Source of the DNA: Candidatus Omnitrophota bacterium
GTDB lineage: Bacteria > Omnitrophota > Gorgyraeia > Duberdicusellales > 4484-171
Assembly (NCBI GenBank): GCA_021735045.1
Contig: JAIPHU010000001.1
Location: 4,529 to 68,528, forward strand
Length of the DNA: 64,000 nucleotides
Reading direction: 5' to 3'
Shown piece after piece: positions 57,133 to 64,000 of the stretch. Below the pieces are notes generated by a model, which saw nothing but the letters and a program-made list of their open reading frames with translations, did not search any database and was not told where the DNA came from. Position 1 is the stretch's first letter; each line of letters opens with the position of its first letter. Position numbers and translations under genes: made by a program.

Positions 57133-57630
57133 ATGATTTTAAAAGGTAAACTATTTAAATTTGGTGATAATATCAATACCGATTGGATAATTTCTGGTCG
57201 GTATAAATTTTCTATTACTGATATGAAAGAACTTTCCCGTTATTTATTTGAAGATATACGCCCCAATTTTTATCAAGAACTTGTTGCTAATAAATCTATA
57301 ATTGCCGCCGGTAATAATTTTGGAATGGGATCTTCTCGTGAGCAAGCACCCTGGGTTATAAAAGAAGCCGGAGTATTAGTTGTAGTAGCTAAAAGTTTTG
57401 CTCGGATTTTTTATCGCAATGCATTTAATATTGGACTCGCCTTGATAGAAGCAGATACTGATTTACTAAAGGAATCTGATAGGATAAATATTGATTTAGA
57501 TAAAGGAAAAATTAAAAAAGAAGATAAACTAGTGTCTAAGTTTAATCCTTGGAATAATTTTCAAAAAGAATTGATAAAATCTGACGGAATTTTTAATTAT
57601 TTAGAAAAGCATAAAGGATTTTCAATTTAA
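57133..57630 (+). CDS. leuD: Aconitase-family dehydratase small subunit (LeuD-like)
   Basis: 165 aa; GDNINTDWIISGRY and GMGSSREQAPW swivel-domain motifs. Confidence 0.7.
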   Translation: MILKGKLFKFGDNINTDWIISGRYKFSITDMKELSRYLFEDIRPNFYQELVANKSIIAAGNNFGMGSSREQAPWVIKEAGVLVVVAKSFARIFYRNAFNIGLALIEADTDLLKESDRINIDLDKGKIKKEDKLVSKFNPWNNFQKELIKSDGIFNYLEKHKGFSI

Positions 57631-57632
57631 TT

Positions 57633-58721
57633 ATGAGTTATAAAGTTACACTTATACCTGGTGATGGTATTGGCCCAGAAGTTACTCAAGCTGCTTTAAT
57701 CTGTGTAGATGCTCTTGGCCTAGATATTGAGTGGGAAACAAAGATTGCTGGTAAAAGTTCAATGGATCAAGGCGGAGAATTGCTTCCTAAAGATACTATT
57801 GATTCGATTAAAAAGAATAAGGTGGCTTTAAAAGGGCCAATTACAACTCCGGTAGGTAGCGGTTTTCGGTCGATTAATGTTGCTATAAGACAGCTTTTTG
57901 ATCTATATGTATGCCTTAGGCCGATTAAATCTTTTAATAGTCCAAAGGCTTTGTATCAAGATATAGATCTAATAGTAATTCGTGAAAATACCGAAGATCT
58001 TTATGCAGGGGTAGAGTTTAAAGAGAAAGACTCAGATACAGATAAATTGATTGAGATTATAAATAAAACTGCGCAGAAAAAGGTTAGGCCGGGTAGTGCG
58101 ATATCTATTAAGCCAATATCAAGAAGTGCTTCAGAAAGGATTACAAAATTTGCTTTTGAGTATGCACTTGCTAATAAGCGAAAGAAGATTAGTTGTGTTC
58201 ATAAAGCAAATATTATGAAATATAGTGATGGACTTTTTCTAGATAGTTTTATCCAGATTGCCCAAAACTACAAAGATAAGATTGAATATAATGATGTAAT
58301 AGTTGATAATTTATCCATGCAGCTTACTCAAAGACCAGAAAATTTTGATATGCTAGTACTACCTAACCTTTACGGAGATATAATTTCTGATTTAGGAGCG
58401 GGGTTGGTTGGGGGCCTTGGCCTTGCACCAGGAGCAAATATCGGCCAAAATATAGCTGTATTTGAACCGACTCATGGAAGTGCTCCTAGGCATGCTGGGA
58501 AAAATAAAGTAAATCCTGCCGCTACAATTTTATCAGCAGCTTTAATGATCAAATATTTAGGAGAAACAGAGAAAGCAATAAAATTAGAAAAAGCTGTTGC
58601 TGCGGTAGTTAAAGAAGGTAAGTTTTTAACTTATGATTTAAAAGCTGACCGTAATGACCCTAGTGCAGCTACTACCCAAGAGTTTGCTGAAGCTGTGGCT
58701 AAAAAAATAAAAAGTTTCTAA
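57633..58721 (+). CDS. Isocitrate / 3-isopropylmalate dehydrogenase family protein (NAD-dependent)
   Basis: 362 aa; LIPGDGIGPEV, NLYGDIISDLGAGLVGGLGLAPGAN. Substrate (isocitrate vs isopropylmalate vs homoisocitrate) cannot be resolved from sequence alone. Confidence 0.7.
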   Translation: MSYKVTLIPGDGIGPEVTQAALICVDALGLDIEWETKIAGKSSMDQGGELLPKDTIDSIKKNKVALKGPITTPVGSGFRSINVAIRQLFDLYVCLRPIKSFNSPKALYQDIDLIVIRENTEDLYAGVEFKEKDSDTDKLIEIINKTAQKKVRPGSAISIKPISRSASERITKFAFEYALANKRKKISCVHKANIMKYSDGLFLDSFIQIAQNYKDKIEYNDVIVDNLSMQLTQRPENFDMLVLPNLYGDIISDLGAGLVGGLGLAPGANIGQNIAVFEPTHGSAPRHAGKNKVNPAATILSAALMIKYLGETEKAIKLEKAVAAVVKEGKFLTYDLKADRNDPSAATTQEFAEAVAKKIKSF

Positions 58722-58722
58722 A

Positions 58723-59613
58723 ATGATTAAAAAAATATCAATTATTGGAGCTGGAGGAGTAGGTTCCAATCTTGCCTTTAACATTTTAAATAATTTAAGT
58801 ATTGAACAGCTTGTTTTATTAGATATAAATCATGATCAAGCTAAGGCAGTTGCCTGTGATCTAGAAGATACTCGTGGTATCTTAGATTTTTCAACTCAGA
58901 TTAAAGGAGTTAAAAATTACTCAAAGATTAAAGATTCTGATATTGTTGTTTTTTCAGCAGGAATTCCTCGCAAGGAAGGGATGAGCCGTCTTGATTTGTT
59001 AAGAATAAATGCAGATATTGCTAAGGGGGCAGCTGCACAAATTAAAAAATATAGCCCAAAAAGCATTGTTATTGCAATAACTAACCCTTTAGATATTATC
59101 ACTTATTTAATTTTAAAAGAAACTAAGTTTTCTCCGAAAAAAGTTTTTGGAATGGGCTCTTCCCTGGATACAAGCCGTCTTCTTAATATTTTATCAAAAG
59201 AAACAGGAAAATCTGCTAGTTCTTGCCAAGCTTTTGTTTTTGGACCTCATAGTAAAGATATGATTGTTAATTCTACTGCCAGAAAGCAGAAAATTAGAAA
59301 AGGAACAAGAGAAACTGTTAAATATAGAGGAGCTAAGATTGTTAAGCTATTTAAAAATAAAAGTGCTGTTTTTGGCCCTTCGGTGGCTTGTTGTAAGTTA
59401 ATTGAGGCAATTAGCCATAATAAAAGTCAGATAATTCCAGTATCAGTATTGTTAAATGGTGAATATGGCATAAAAAATATTTGTTTAGGTGCTCGTTGTC
59501 TTATAGATAGATCAGGTATTGCCAAGGTAATCGAAGAAGATTTGACTGTGGCCCAAAAAAGAAAGTTAAAAAAAATTAGTTTTTCCCTCAAAGAAACCCT
59601 CAAAAAAATCTAA
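58723..59613 (+). CDS. mdh: Malate dehydrogenase (LDH/MDH family, Arg at the substrate-specificity position)
   Basis: IIGAGGVGSNLAF Rossmann, GIPRKEGMSR (Arg implies MDH rather than LDH), ITNPLD. Confidence 0.7.
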   Translation: MIKKISIIGAGGVGSNLAFNILNNLSIEQLVLLDINHDQAKAVACDLEDTRGILDFSTQIKGVKNYSKIKDSDIVVFSAGIPRKEGMSRLDLLRINADIAKGAAAQIKKYSPKSIVIAITNPLDIITYLILKETKFSPKKVFGMGSSLDTSRLLNILSKETGKSASSCQAFVFGPHSKDMIVNSTARKQKIRKGTRETVKYRGAKIVKLFKNKSAVFGPSVACCKLIEAISHNKSQIIPVSVLLNGEYGIKNICLGARCLIDRSGIAKVIEEDLTVAQKRKLKKISFSLKETLKKI

Positions 59614-59747
59614 CAGGAGTGGTTTAGTATTTTTTCTGTGCCGGCAAAAGCATTTGACAGCCTTTAGTTTTATCGCTACAATTATTCTTAAAAAAGGAGA
59701 TAAGCATCGTCAAAAAGCTTGTTATTTTTTTCTTTGTTTTTATTTGT

Positions 59748-60266
59748 TTGTCTATTTTTGAAAGTTTTGCTTTAGATAGTGTTGATGTTTTGTCAGGGTA
59801 TCTTGAGGCAAATTTAGAAGAAAAAGATGAATATCGGGCTATCCCTTTATTGGTAGGATTAAATTTTAACGGTAATTCTTTTTTTGAAAGGGTCGGTTTG
59901 GATTTACCGGGACGGGTTGATTTTATTCTAGAACCGTTTGTTAATACTGTAGTTAATCCAGATAAAAATATCGAAGTCGGGTCAAATTTTCTCATTAAAT
60001 ACACCTTAACTTTAACAAAAAAAGTTCAGCCGTTTGTAAAGGCAGGAGCAGGGGTAGTTTATATGAGTCAACACACAAAAGAGCAATCTACTCAATATAA
60101 TTTTTTGCCTCAGGCTGGAGGGGGAATTCAGTATTTTTTCAGTGATAGAGTTGCCTTAAATCTTGAATATCGTTATCGGCATCTCTCAAATGCTGGAGCT
60201 AAACATCCCAATAGCGGGATAGATTCGGATTTAATTTTATGTGGGTTGTCGTTTTATTTTAAATGA
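59748..60266 (+). CDS. PagL-like outer-membrane lipid A deacylase (start uncertain; see findings)
   Basis: Small beta-barrel (alternating hydrophobics, C-terminal F-Y-F-K). The H-x-S in RYRHLSNAG resembles the PagL His/Ser catalytic pair. The in-frame upstream sequence encodes a signal peptide but has no canonical start codon. Confidence 0.5.
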   Translation: MSIFESFALDSVDVLSGYLEANLEEKDEYRAIPLLVGLNFNGNSFFERVGLDLPGRVDFILEPFVNTVVNPDKNIEVGSNFLIKYTLTLTKKVQPFVKAGAGVVYMSQHTKEQSTQYNFLPQAGGGIQYFFSDRVALNLEYRYRHLSNAGAKHPNSGIDSDLILCGLSFYFK

Positions 60267-60715
60267 TAAAAAAAATAACAATCGATAAAGCTAAAGAAGT
60301 TCAGCGGTTGATAAACTCAGCAGCTCGAGAGGGACAAGTTTTGGAGAGGTCCTTAAACTATATCTATGAAAATATCAGAGATTTTCGGGTTTATAAAGAG
60401 GGAGAAAAGATAGTTGCTTGTTGTAGCTTACACGTTGTAGGCTGGCAGTCTTTAGCCGAGATAAAATCGCTAGTTGTTGACAAAGGTTATCGAAAAAAGA
60501 ATATTGGGAAAAAGTTAGTAGCGGATTCCCTTAAGGAGGCAAAAAGCCTAGGGGTATCTAAGGTATTTGCTTTGACTTTTTCTTCCCGGTTTTTTAAAAA
60601 ACAGGGTTTTAGCTTGATTGATAAAAATGATCTACCTCATAAAATTTGGACAGAATGCCTTAACTGTAAATATTTTCCGGATTGTAAAGAAGAAGCTGTA
60701 ATTATTAAAATATAA
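60263..60715 (+). CDS. GNAT family N-acetyltransferase (short ArgA-like)
   Basis: 150 aa; acetyl-CoA binding VVDKGYRKKNIGKKL. Overlaps the upstream gene by 4 nt. Confidence 0.65.
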   Translation: MIKKITIDKAKEVQRLINSAAREGQVLERSLNYIYENIRDFRVYKEGEKIVACCSLHVVGWQSLAEIKSLVVDKGYRKKNIGKKLVADSLKEAKSLGVSKVFALTFSSRFFKKQGFSLIDKNDLPHKIWTECLNCKYFPDCKEEAVIIKI

Positions 60716-60732
60716 AAATTAAGGAGGAAGCT

Positions 60733-61896
60733 ATGTTTCTTGTGGACCATAATTTAACTGAAGAGCAAAAAATGCTAAGAGATTTAGTTCGTCAAATAGC
60801 TGAAGAAAAAATTAAACCATTTTCAAGCCAGATGGATGAAAAAGAAGAATTTCCTACTGAAATCATGAAAGTTTTAGCCCAATCAGACTTATTTTCTTTA
60901 TGTATTCCTACTGAATACGGAGGTATGGGAACTGGACTTATGGATTTATGTATAGCTACTGAAGAAATTTCCCGTGTTGATGGAGGAGTTGCTGCTTCTT
61001 ATGCTGCATCTTTTTTAGGGATGTTTCCTATTCTTTTGTTCGGGACCCAAGAGCAAAAGAAAAAATATTTGCCGGCTATTGCATCAGGAGAAAAACTAGC
61101 TGCGTTTGCTTTAACTGAACCTGAGGCTGGTTCCGATGCTTCTGCGGTAAAAACTACAGCAAAGTTAGAAGGTGATTCTTATATTTTAAACGGAACAAAG
61201 CATTTTATTACCAATGGTGGAGATGCTGAAATTTATACAGTTATTGCAGCAACAAATAAAAAAAGAGGGGCACGCGGAATGTCTGCTTTTATTGTAGAAA
61301 AAGGTACAGAAGGATTTAATTTTGGCAAAAAAGAAGAAAAATTAGGTATTCGTGCTTCTTCAACCGGTGAGTTAATTTTTGATGATGCTAAAGTCCCTGC
61401 GAGCAATCTTCTGGGCCAACGAGAAGGCACTGGTTTTATTGCTACGATGAAGACTTTTGATCAATCAAGGCCAGGGGTTGCGGCTCAGGCAGTAGGAATA
61501 GCTCAGGGAGCGTTAGAGTCAGCTACCAGATATGCCCATCAACGCGTACAATTTGGCCAACCAATAACCTCTTTCCAAGGTATTCAATGGATGCTTGCTG
61601 ATATGGCAACAAAAGTTGAAGCTGCCAGAAGTCTTGTTTATTCTACTGCTTCTATGGTTGATAGAGGCCTGAAATCTGTAGGAGGTGCTTCTGCAGCTGC
61701 TAAGCTTTTTGCTTCAGATATTGCTATGGAAGTTACAACTGATGCCGTCCAGATCTATGGCGGATATGGATATATGAAAGAATATCCTGTAGAAAAGTTT
61801 ATGCGTGATGCTAAAATTACCCAGATTTATGAAGGAACGAATCAAATACAAAAAGATATTATAGCTTTAAACTTAATTAAAAAATACGCCAAGTAA
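60733..61896 (+). CDS. Acyl-CoA dehydrogenase (short/medium-chain type)
   Basis: 387 aa; AFALTEPEAGSDAS, YEGTNQIQ, and a catalytic Glu near the C-terminus. Confidence 0.85.
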   Translation: MFLVDHNLTEEQKMLRDLVRQIAEEKIKPFSSQMDEKEEFPTEIMKVLAQSDLFSLCIPTEYGGMGTGLMDLCIATEEISRVDGGVAASYAASFLGMFPILLFGTQEQKKKYLPAIASGEKLAAFALTEPEAGSDASAVKTTAKLEGDSYILNGTKHFITNGGDAEIYTVIAATNKKRGARGMSAFIVEKGTEGFNFGKKEEKLGIRASSTGELIFDDAKVPASNLLGQREGTGFIATMKTFDQSRPGVAAQAVGIAQGALESATRYAHQRVQFGQPITSFQGIQWMLADMATKVEAARSLVYSTASMVDRGLKSVGGASAAAKLFASDIAMEVTTDAVQIYGGYGYMKEYPVEKFMRDAKITQIYEGTNQIQKDIIALNLIKKYAK

Positions 61897-61988
61897 ATCA
61901 TTAGCGAATGTACGAATCTTTTGCGAATATACGAATAAGTATTATACTATTCGTAAATTCGTACAGATTAGTAAATTCGTAGATAAGG
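61897..61988 (+). repeat. TACGAAT-rich palindromic intergenic element, copy 5 (upstream of aroK)
   Basis: ATCATTAGCGAATGTACGAATCTTTTGCGAATATACGAAT ... ATTCGTAAATTCGTACAGATTAGTAAATTCGTAGAT. The GATTAGTAAATTCG block is shared with copies 3 and 4. Confidence 0.5.
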
Positions 61989-61997
61989 ATATTTTTT

Positions 61998-62504
61998 ATG
62001 AGGAACATTTATTTAGTGGGCTTTATGGGTACAGGAAAAACTGCTGTAGGTAGAGTTTTAGCCGACAAGCTCTCAAGAAGATTTGTTGAGATGGATCAAC
62101 TAATAGAAAAGCAAGAAAACAAAGAAATTAAGGATATTTTTGCAGAAAATGGCCAAGAGTATTTTCGTAAATTAGAAAATCAATTATTAAAAAAATTGTC
62201 TTCTCAGTCAAATCTAGTTGTTAGTTGCGGCGGAGGGGTTGTTTGCAATCAAGATAATTTAGATATTTTACAAAATACAGGCTATGTGTTTTCACTTTCT
62301 GCTTCGCCAAATTCAATTTTTGAGAGGATTAAAGGATCTAACCATAGGCCTCTTTTAAATGGGGCAAATCCTTTAGAGAAAATAAAAGAGCTTTTAGAAA
62401 TTAGAAAACTTTTTTATAAAAAAGCGGGTATAAAAATAGATACAGACAATCTTTCTGTTGAAGATGTTGCTGATTATATTTTAAAATTGTTAGAAAATGG
62501 CTAA
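61998..62504 (+). CDS. aroK: Shikimate kinase
   Basis: IYLVGFMGTGKTAVGR P-loop, 168 aa. Confidence 0.85.
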   Translation: MRNIYLVGFMGTGKTAVGRVLADKLSRRFVEMDQLIEKQENKEIKDIFAENGQEYFRKLENQLLKKLSSQSNLVVSCGGGVVCNQDNLDILQNTGYVFSLSASPNSIFERIKGSNHRPLLNGANPLEKIKELLEIRKLFYKKAGIKIDTDNLSVEDVADYILKLLENG

Positions 62505-63402
62505 AAAAAGCTCTATATTATTGAATCTAGCCGGGATCGGGCCTACCAAAGTTAAAAAAATAGTTGAGTGTTTATCTGATTTAGATGATATTTTAAAGTT
62601 AAAAAATTCGGATTTTAGAAATTTTTCTTTTTTAAGAAAAAAAGATATTGATCGAATAATTTCCTTAAAAAACTCAACTCTTCTAGAAGATGAATTAAAA
62701 TTAATAGAAAAATATAAGTTAAAAGTTATAGATCTTTTTGATTCAAATTATCCTTATTATCTGAAAGAAATAAGTTCGCCACCTTTAGTTTTATATACAA
62801 AAGGAGATATTAACCTTTTAGGTAAAGAATCCGTTGCCATTGTGGGAACACGAACTCCCACTAGCTATGGGAAAGAAATTGCCTTTGATTTTTCTTATAA
62901 GCTTGGTTCATTGGGTGTAAATATAGTTTCTGGTTTAGCCTTAGGAATAGATAGTTCAGCGCATAAAGGTGTGCTGAAAGCCGGTGGATCTACGGTAGCA
63001 GTGTTGGGAAGCGGATTAAGCTATATTTATCCGCGTCAAAATAAAAGATTAGCGGAATCAATCGCAAAAGAAGGCTTATTAGTTTCTGAATATCCAGTAA
63101 AAACTGTGCCTTTAGCCTCTAATTTTCCTCGGCGAAATAGAATTATCAGTGGTTTGTCACAAGGTATAGTTGTGATAGAAGCAGCTCAGCGCAGTGGTGC
63201 TTTAATTACCGCTAATTTTGCCCTAGGGCAAAATCGAGAAGTGTTTGCAGTCCCCGGTAGAATAAGTGATTTTCAAAGCAAGGGTCCGAATTCTTTAATT
63301 AAGGAAGGAGCAAAATTAGTAGATTCGATTGAAGATATACTAGAGGAAATAAACCTGTCAATGGTAGAACCTAAAGGTTCAAGGTTAAAGGTTCAAGATT
63401 AA
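62497..63402 (+). CDS. dprA: DNA processing protein DprA/Smf
   Basis: VAIVGTRTPTSYG...SGLALGIDSSAHKG...GGSTVAVLGSGL Rossmann-like DprA core. The dprA-topA pair is conserved. Confidence 0.85.
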   Translation: MAKKSSILLNLAGIGPTKVKKIVECLSDLDDILKLKNSDFRNFSFLRKKDIDRIISLKNSTLLEDELKLIEKYKLKVIDLFDSNYPYYLKEISSPPLVLYTKGDINLLGKESVAIVGTRTPTSYGKEIAFDFSYKLGSLGVNIVSGLALGIDSSAHKGVLKAGGSTVAVLGSGLSYIYPRQNKRLAESIAKEGLLVSEYPVKTVPLASNFPRRNRIISGLSQGIVVIEAAQRSGALITANFALGQNREVFAVPGRISDFQSKGPNSLIKEGAKLVDSIEDILEEINLSMVEPKGSRLKVQD

Positions 63403-63422
63403 AACGCTAAAACGTGGTAAAC

Positions 63423-64000
63423 ATGAGTAAATATTTGATTATTGTAGAATCTCCAACAAAAGCAAGAACTCTCTCTTCTTTTTTAGGTAAAGACTACGAA
63501 GTGGTTTCTTCAAAAGGGCATCTGGTTGACTTGCCTTCAAGCAAATTAGCAGTAGACGTAGGTGAAACTTTTGAGCCAAACTATACAACCCTAAAGGGGA
63601 AGAAGAAAATAATTTCTGAATTAAAGAAAAAAGCTGCAAATAAAGAAGCTATCTATTTAGCTACTGATCCAGACCGGGAAGGGGAAGCTATTGGTTGGCA
63701 TATTAAAGATAAGTTAAATAAAAAAGGCAAACAATTCTATCGTATAATTTTTCATGAAATAACTAAAGATGCCATCGGAGAGGCTTTAGCTAATCCTGGT
63801 CAACTTGATTCTAAGAAAGTTAACGCTCAAATGGCAAGAAGGGTTTTAGATAGGGTGGTGGGTTATCGGCTTTCACCTCTTTTGTGGAAAAAAATCGTTC
63901 GCGGCCTTTCTGCCGGACGAGTTCAGTCGGTTGCTTTACGGTTTATTGTTGAAAGAGAAAGAGAAATTGAAAAGTTTATTCCAGAAATTACCTATAGTTT
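63423..64000 (+). CDS. topA: DNA topoisomerase I, 3'-truncated by window edge
   Basis: MSKYLIIVESPTKARTLSSFLG TOPRIM N-terminus, open to the end of the window. Confidence 0.85.
   Translation, partial: MSKYLIIVESPTKARTLSSFLGKDYEVVSSKGHLVDLPSSKLAVDVGETFEPNYTTLKGKKKIISELKKKAANKEAIYLATDPDREGEAIGWHIKDKLNKKGKQFYRIIFHEITKDAIGEALANPGQLDSKKVNAQMARRVLDRVVGYRLSPLLWKKIVRGLSAGRVQSVALRFIVEREREIEKFIPEITYS

Noticed and set aside
59624-60004. 126-aa minus-strand ORF opposite the PagL-like gene start
   Set aside because: Antisense to the region that encodes a convincing signal peptide on the + strand. It has a K/S-rich low-complexity product and no RBS.
1-64000. CRISPR arrays, prophage, IS elements, integrons, restriction-modification or toxin-antitoxin loci
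   Set aside because: I found no regularly spaced direct repeats. There is no transposase, integrase, recombinase, RT, Cas or phage structural ORF anywhere in the six-frame track. The small repeats found are non-autonomous.

Overview
This 64-kb window comes from an AT-rich (about 33-36% GC), LPS-containing diderm bacterium. It is almost entirely conserved core genome on the + strand.

Gene content, in order:
- Left end: a 5'-truncated RND efflux permease, convergent with a K+-channel-like gene.
- glmU-prs-rplY-pth, then rpsF-ssb-rpsR-rplI-dnaB.
- An outer-membrane/lipid A cluster: bamA-skp-lpxD-lpxC/fabZ(fusion)-lpxA-lpxI. It is followed by a TPR+SpoIID protein, a small membrane protein, a minus-strand SPL-like radical SAM gene, a GT2 glycosyltransferase and hemW.
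- tRNA-Thr, rpmG, tRNA-Trp, secE-nusG-rplKAJL-rpoBC.
- rpoC is directly fused to rpsL-rpsG-fusA-tuf, which runs on into the S10/spc/alpha ribosomal superoperon (rpsJ through rplQ).
- That superoperon lacks rpmD, infA and map, and has a type-Z S14.
- Right end: an aminotransferase, leuC-like / pilT / leuD-like, IDH-family dehydrogenase, mdh, a PagL-like outer-membrane deacylase, a GNAT gene, acyl-CoA dehydrogenase, aroK, dprA and 3'-truncated topA.

I found no CRISPR array, transposase, integrase, reverse transcriptase or toxin-antitoxin pair.

The part not explained by ordinary annotation is the non-coding DNA. The intergenic spacers are unusually long and fall into at least three repeat or structured families:
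- A roughly 90-110 bp TACGAAT-rich palindromic element with inverted termini. It has 5 copies, each immediately upstream of rpsF, rplK, rpsG, tuf or aroK.
- A structured element with an invariant ACAGCCCCAAACCAG block, a sequence-variable but structure-preserved hairpin, and a CACAGATAAA motif array. Two full copies lie upstream of lpxA and rplC; a partial motif array lies upstream of rpsH.
- A GCGC-rich REP-like palindrome, GCATAGCGCTAAGCGCTTTGCGCT, with 3 copies upstream of ssb, secE and rpsM.

Other structured spacers:
- A 290-nt highly structured tRNA-Trp/secE spacer.
- A 22-bp bipartite hairpin between rplL and rpoB.
- A three-way GC-hairpin structure after adk.

Several ribosomal proteins (L25, L10, L3, L17) carry long K/E-rich low-complexity insertions or tails. 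Coordinates I derived by hand (tRNAs, rpmG, repeats) may be off by 1-2 nt.
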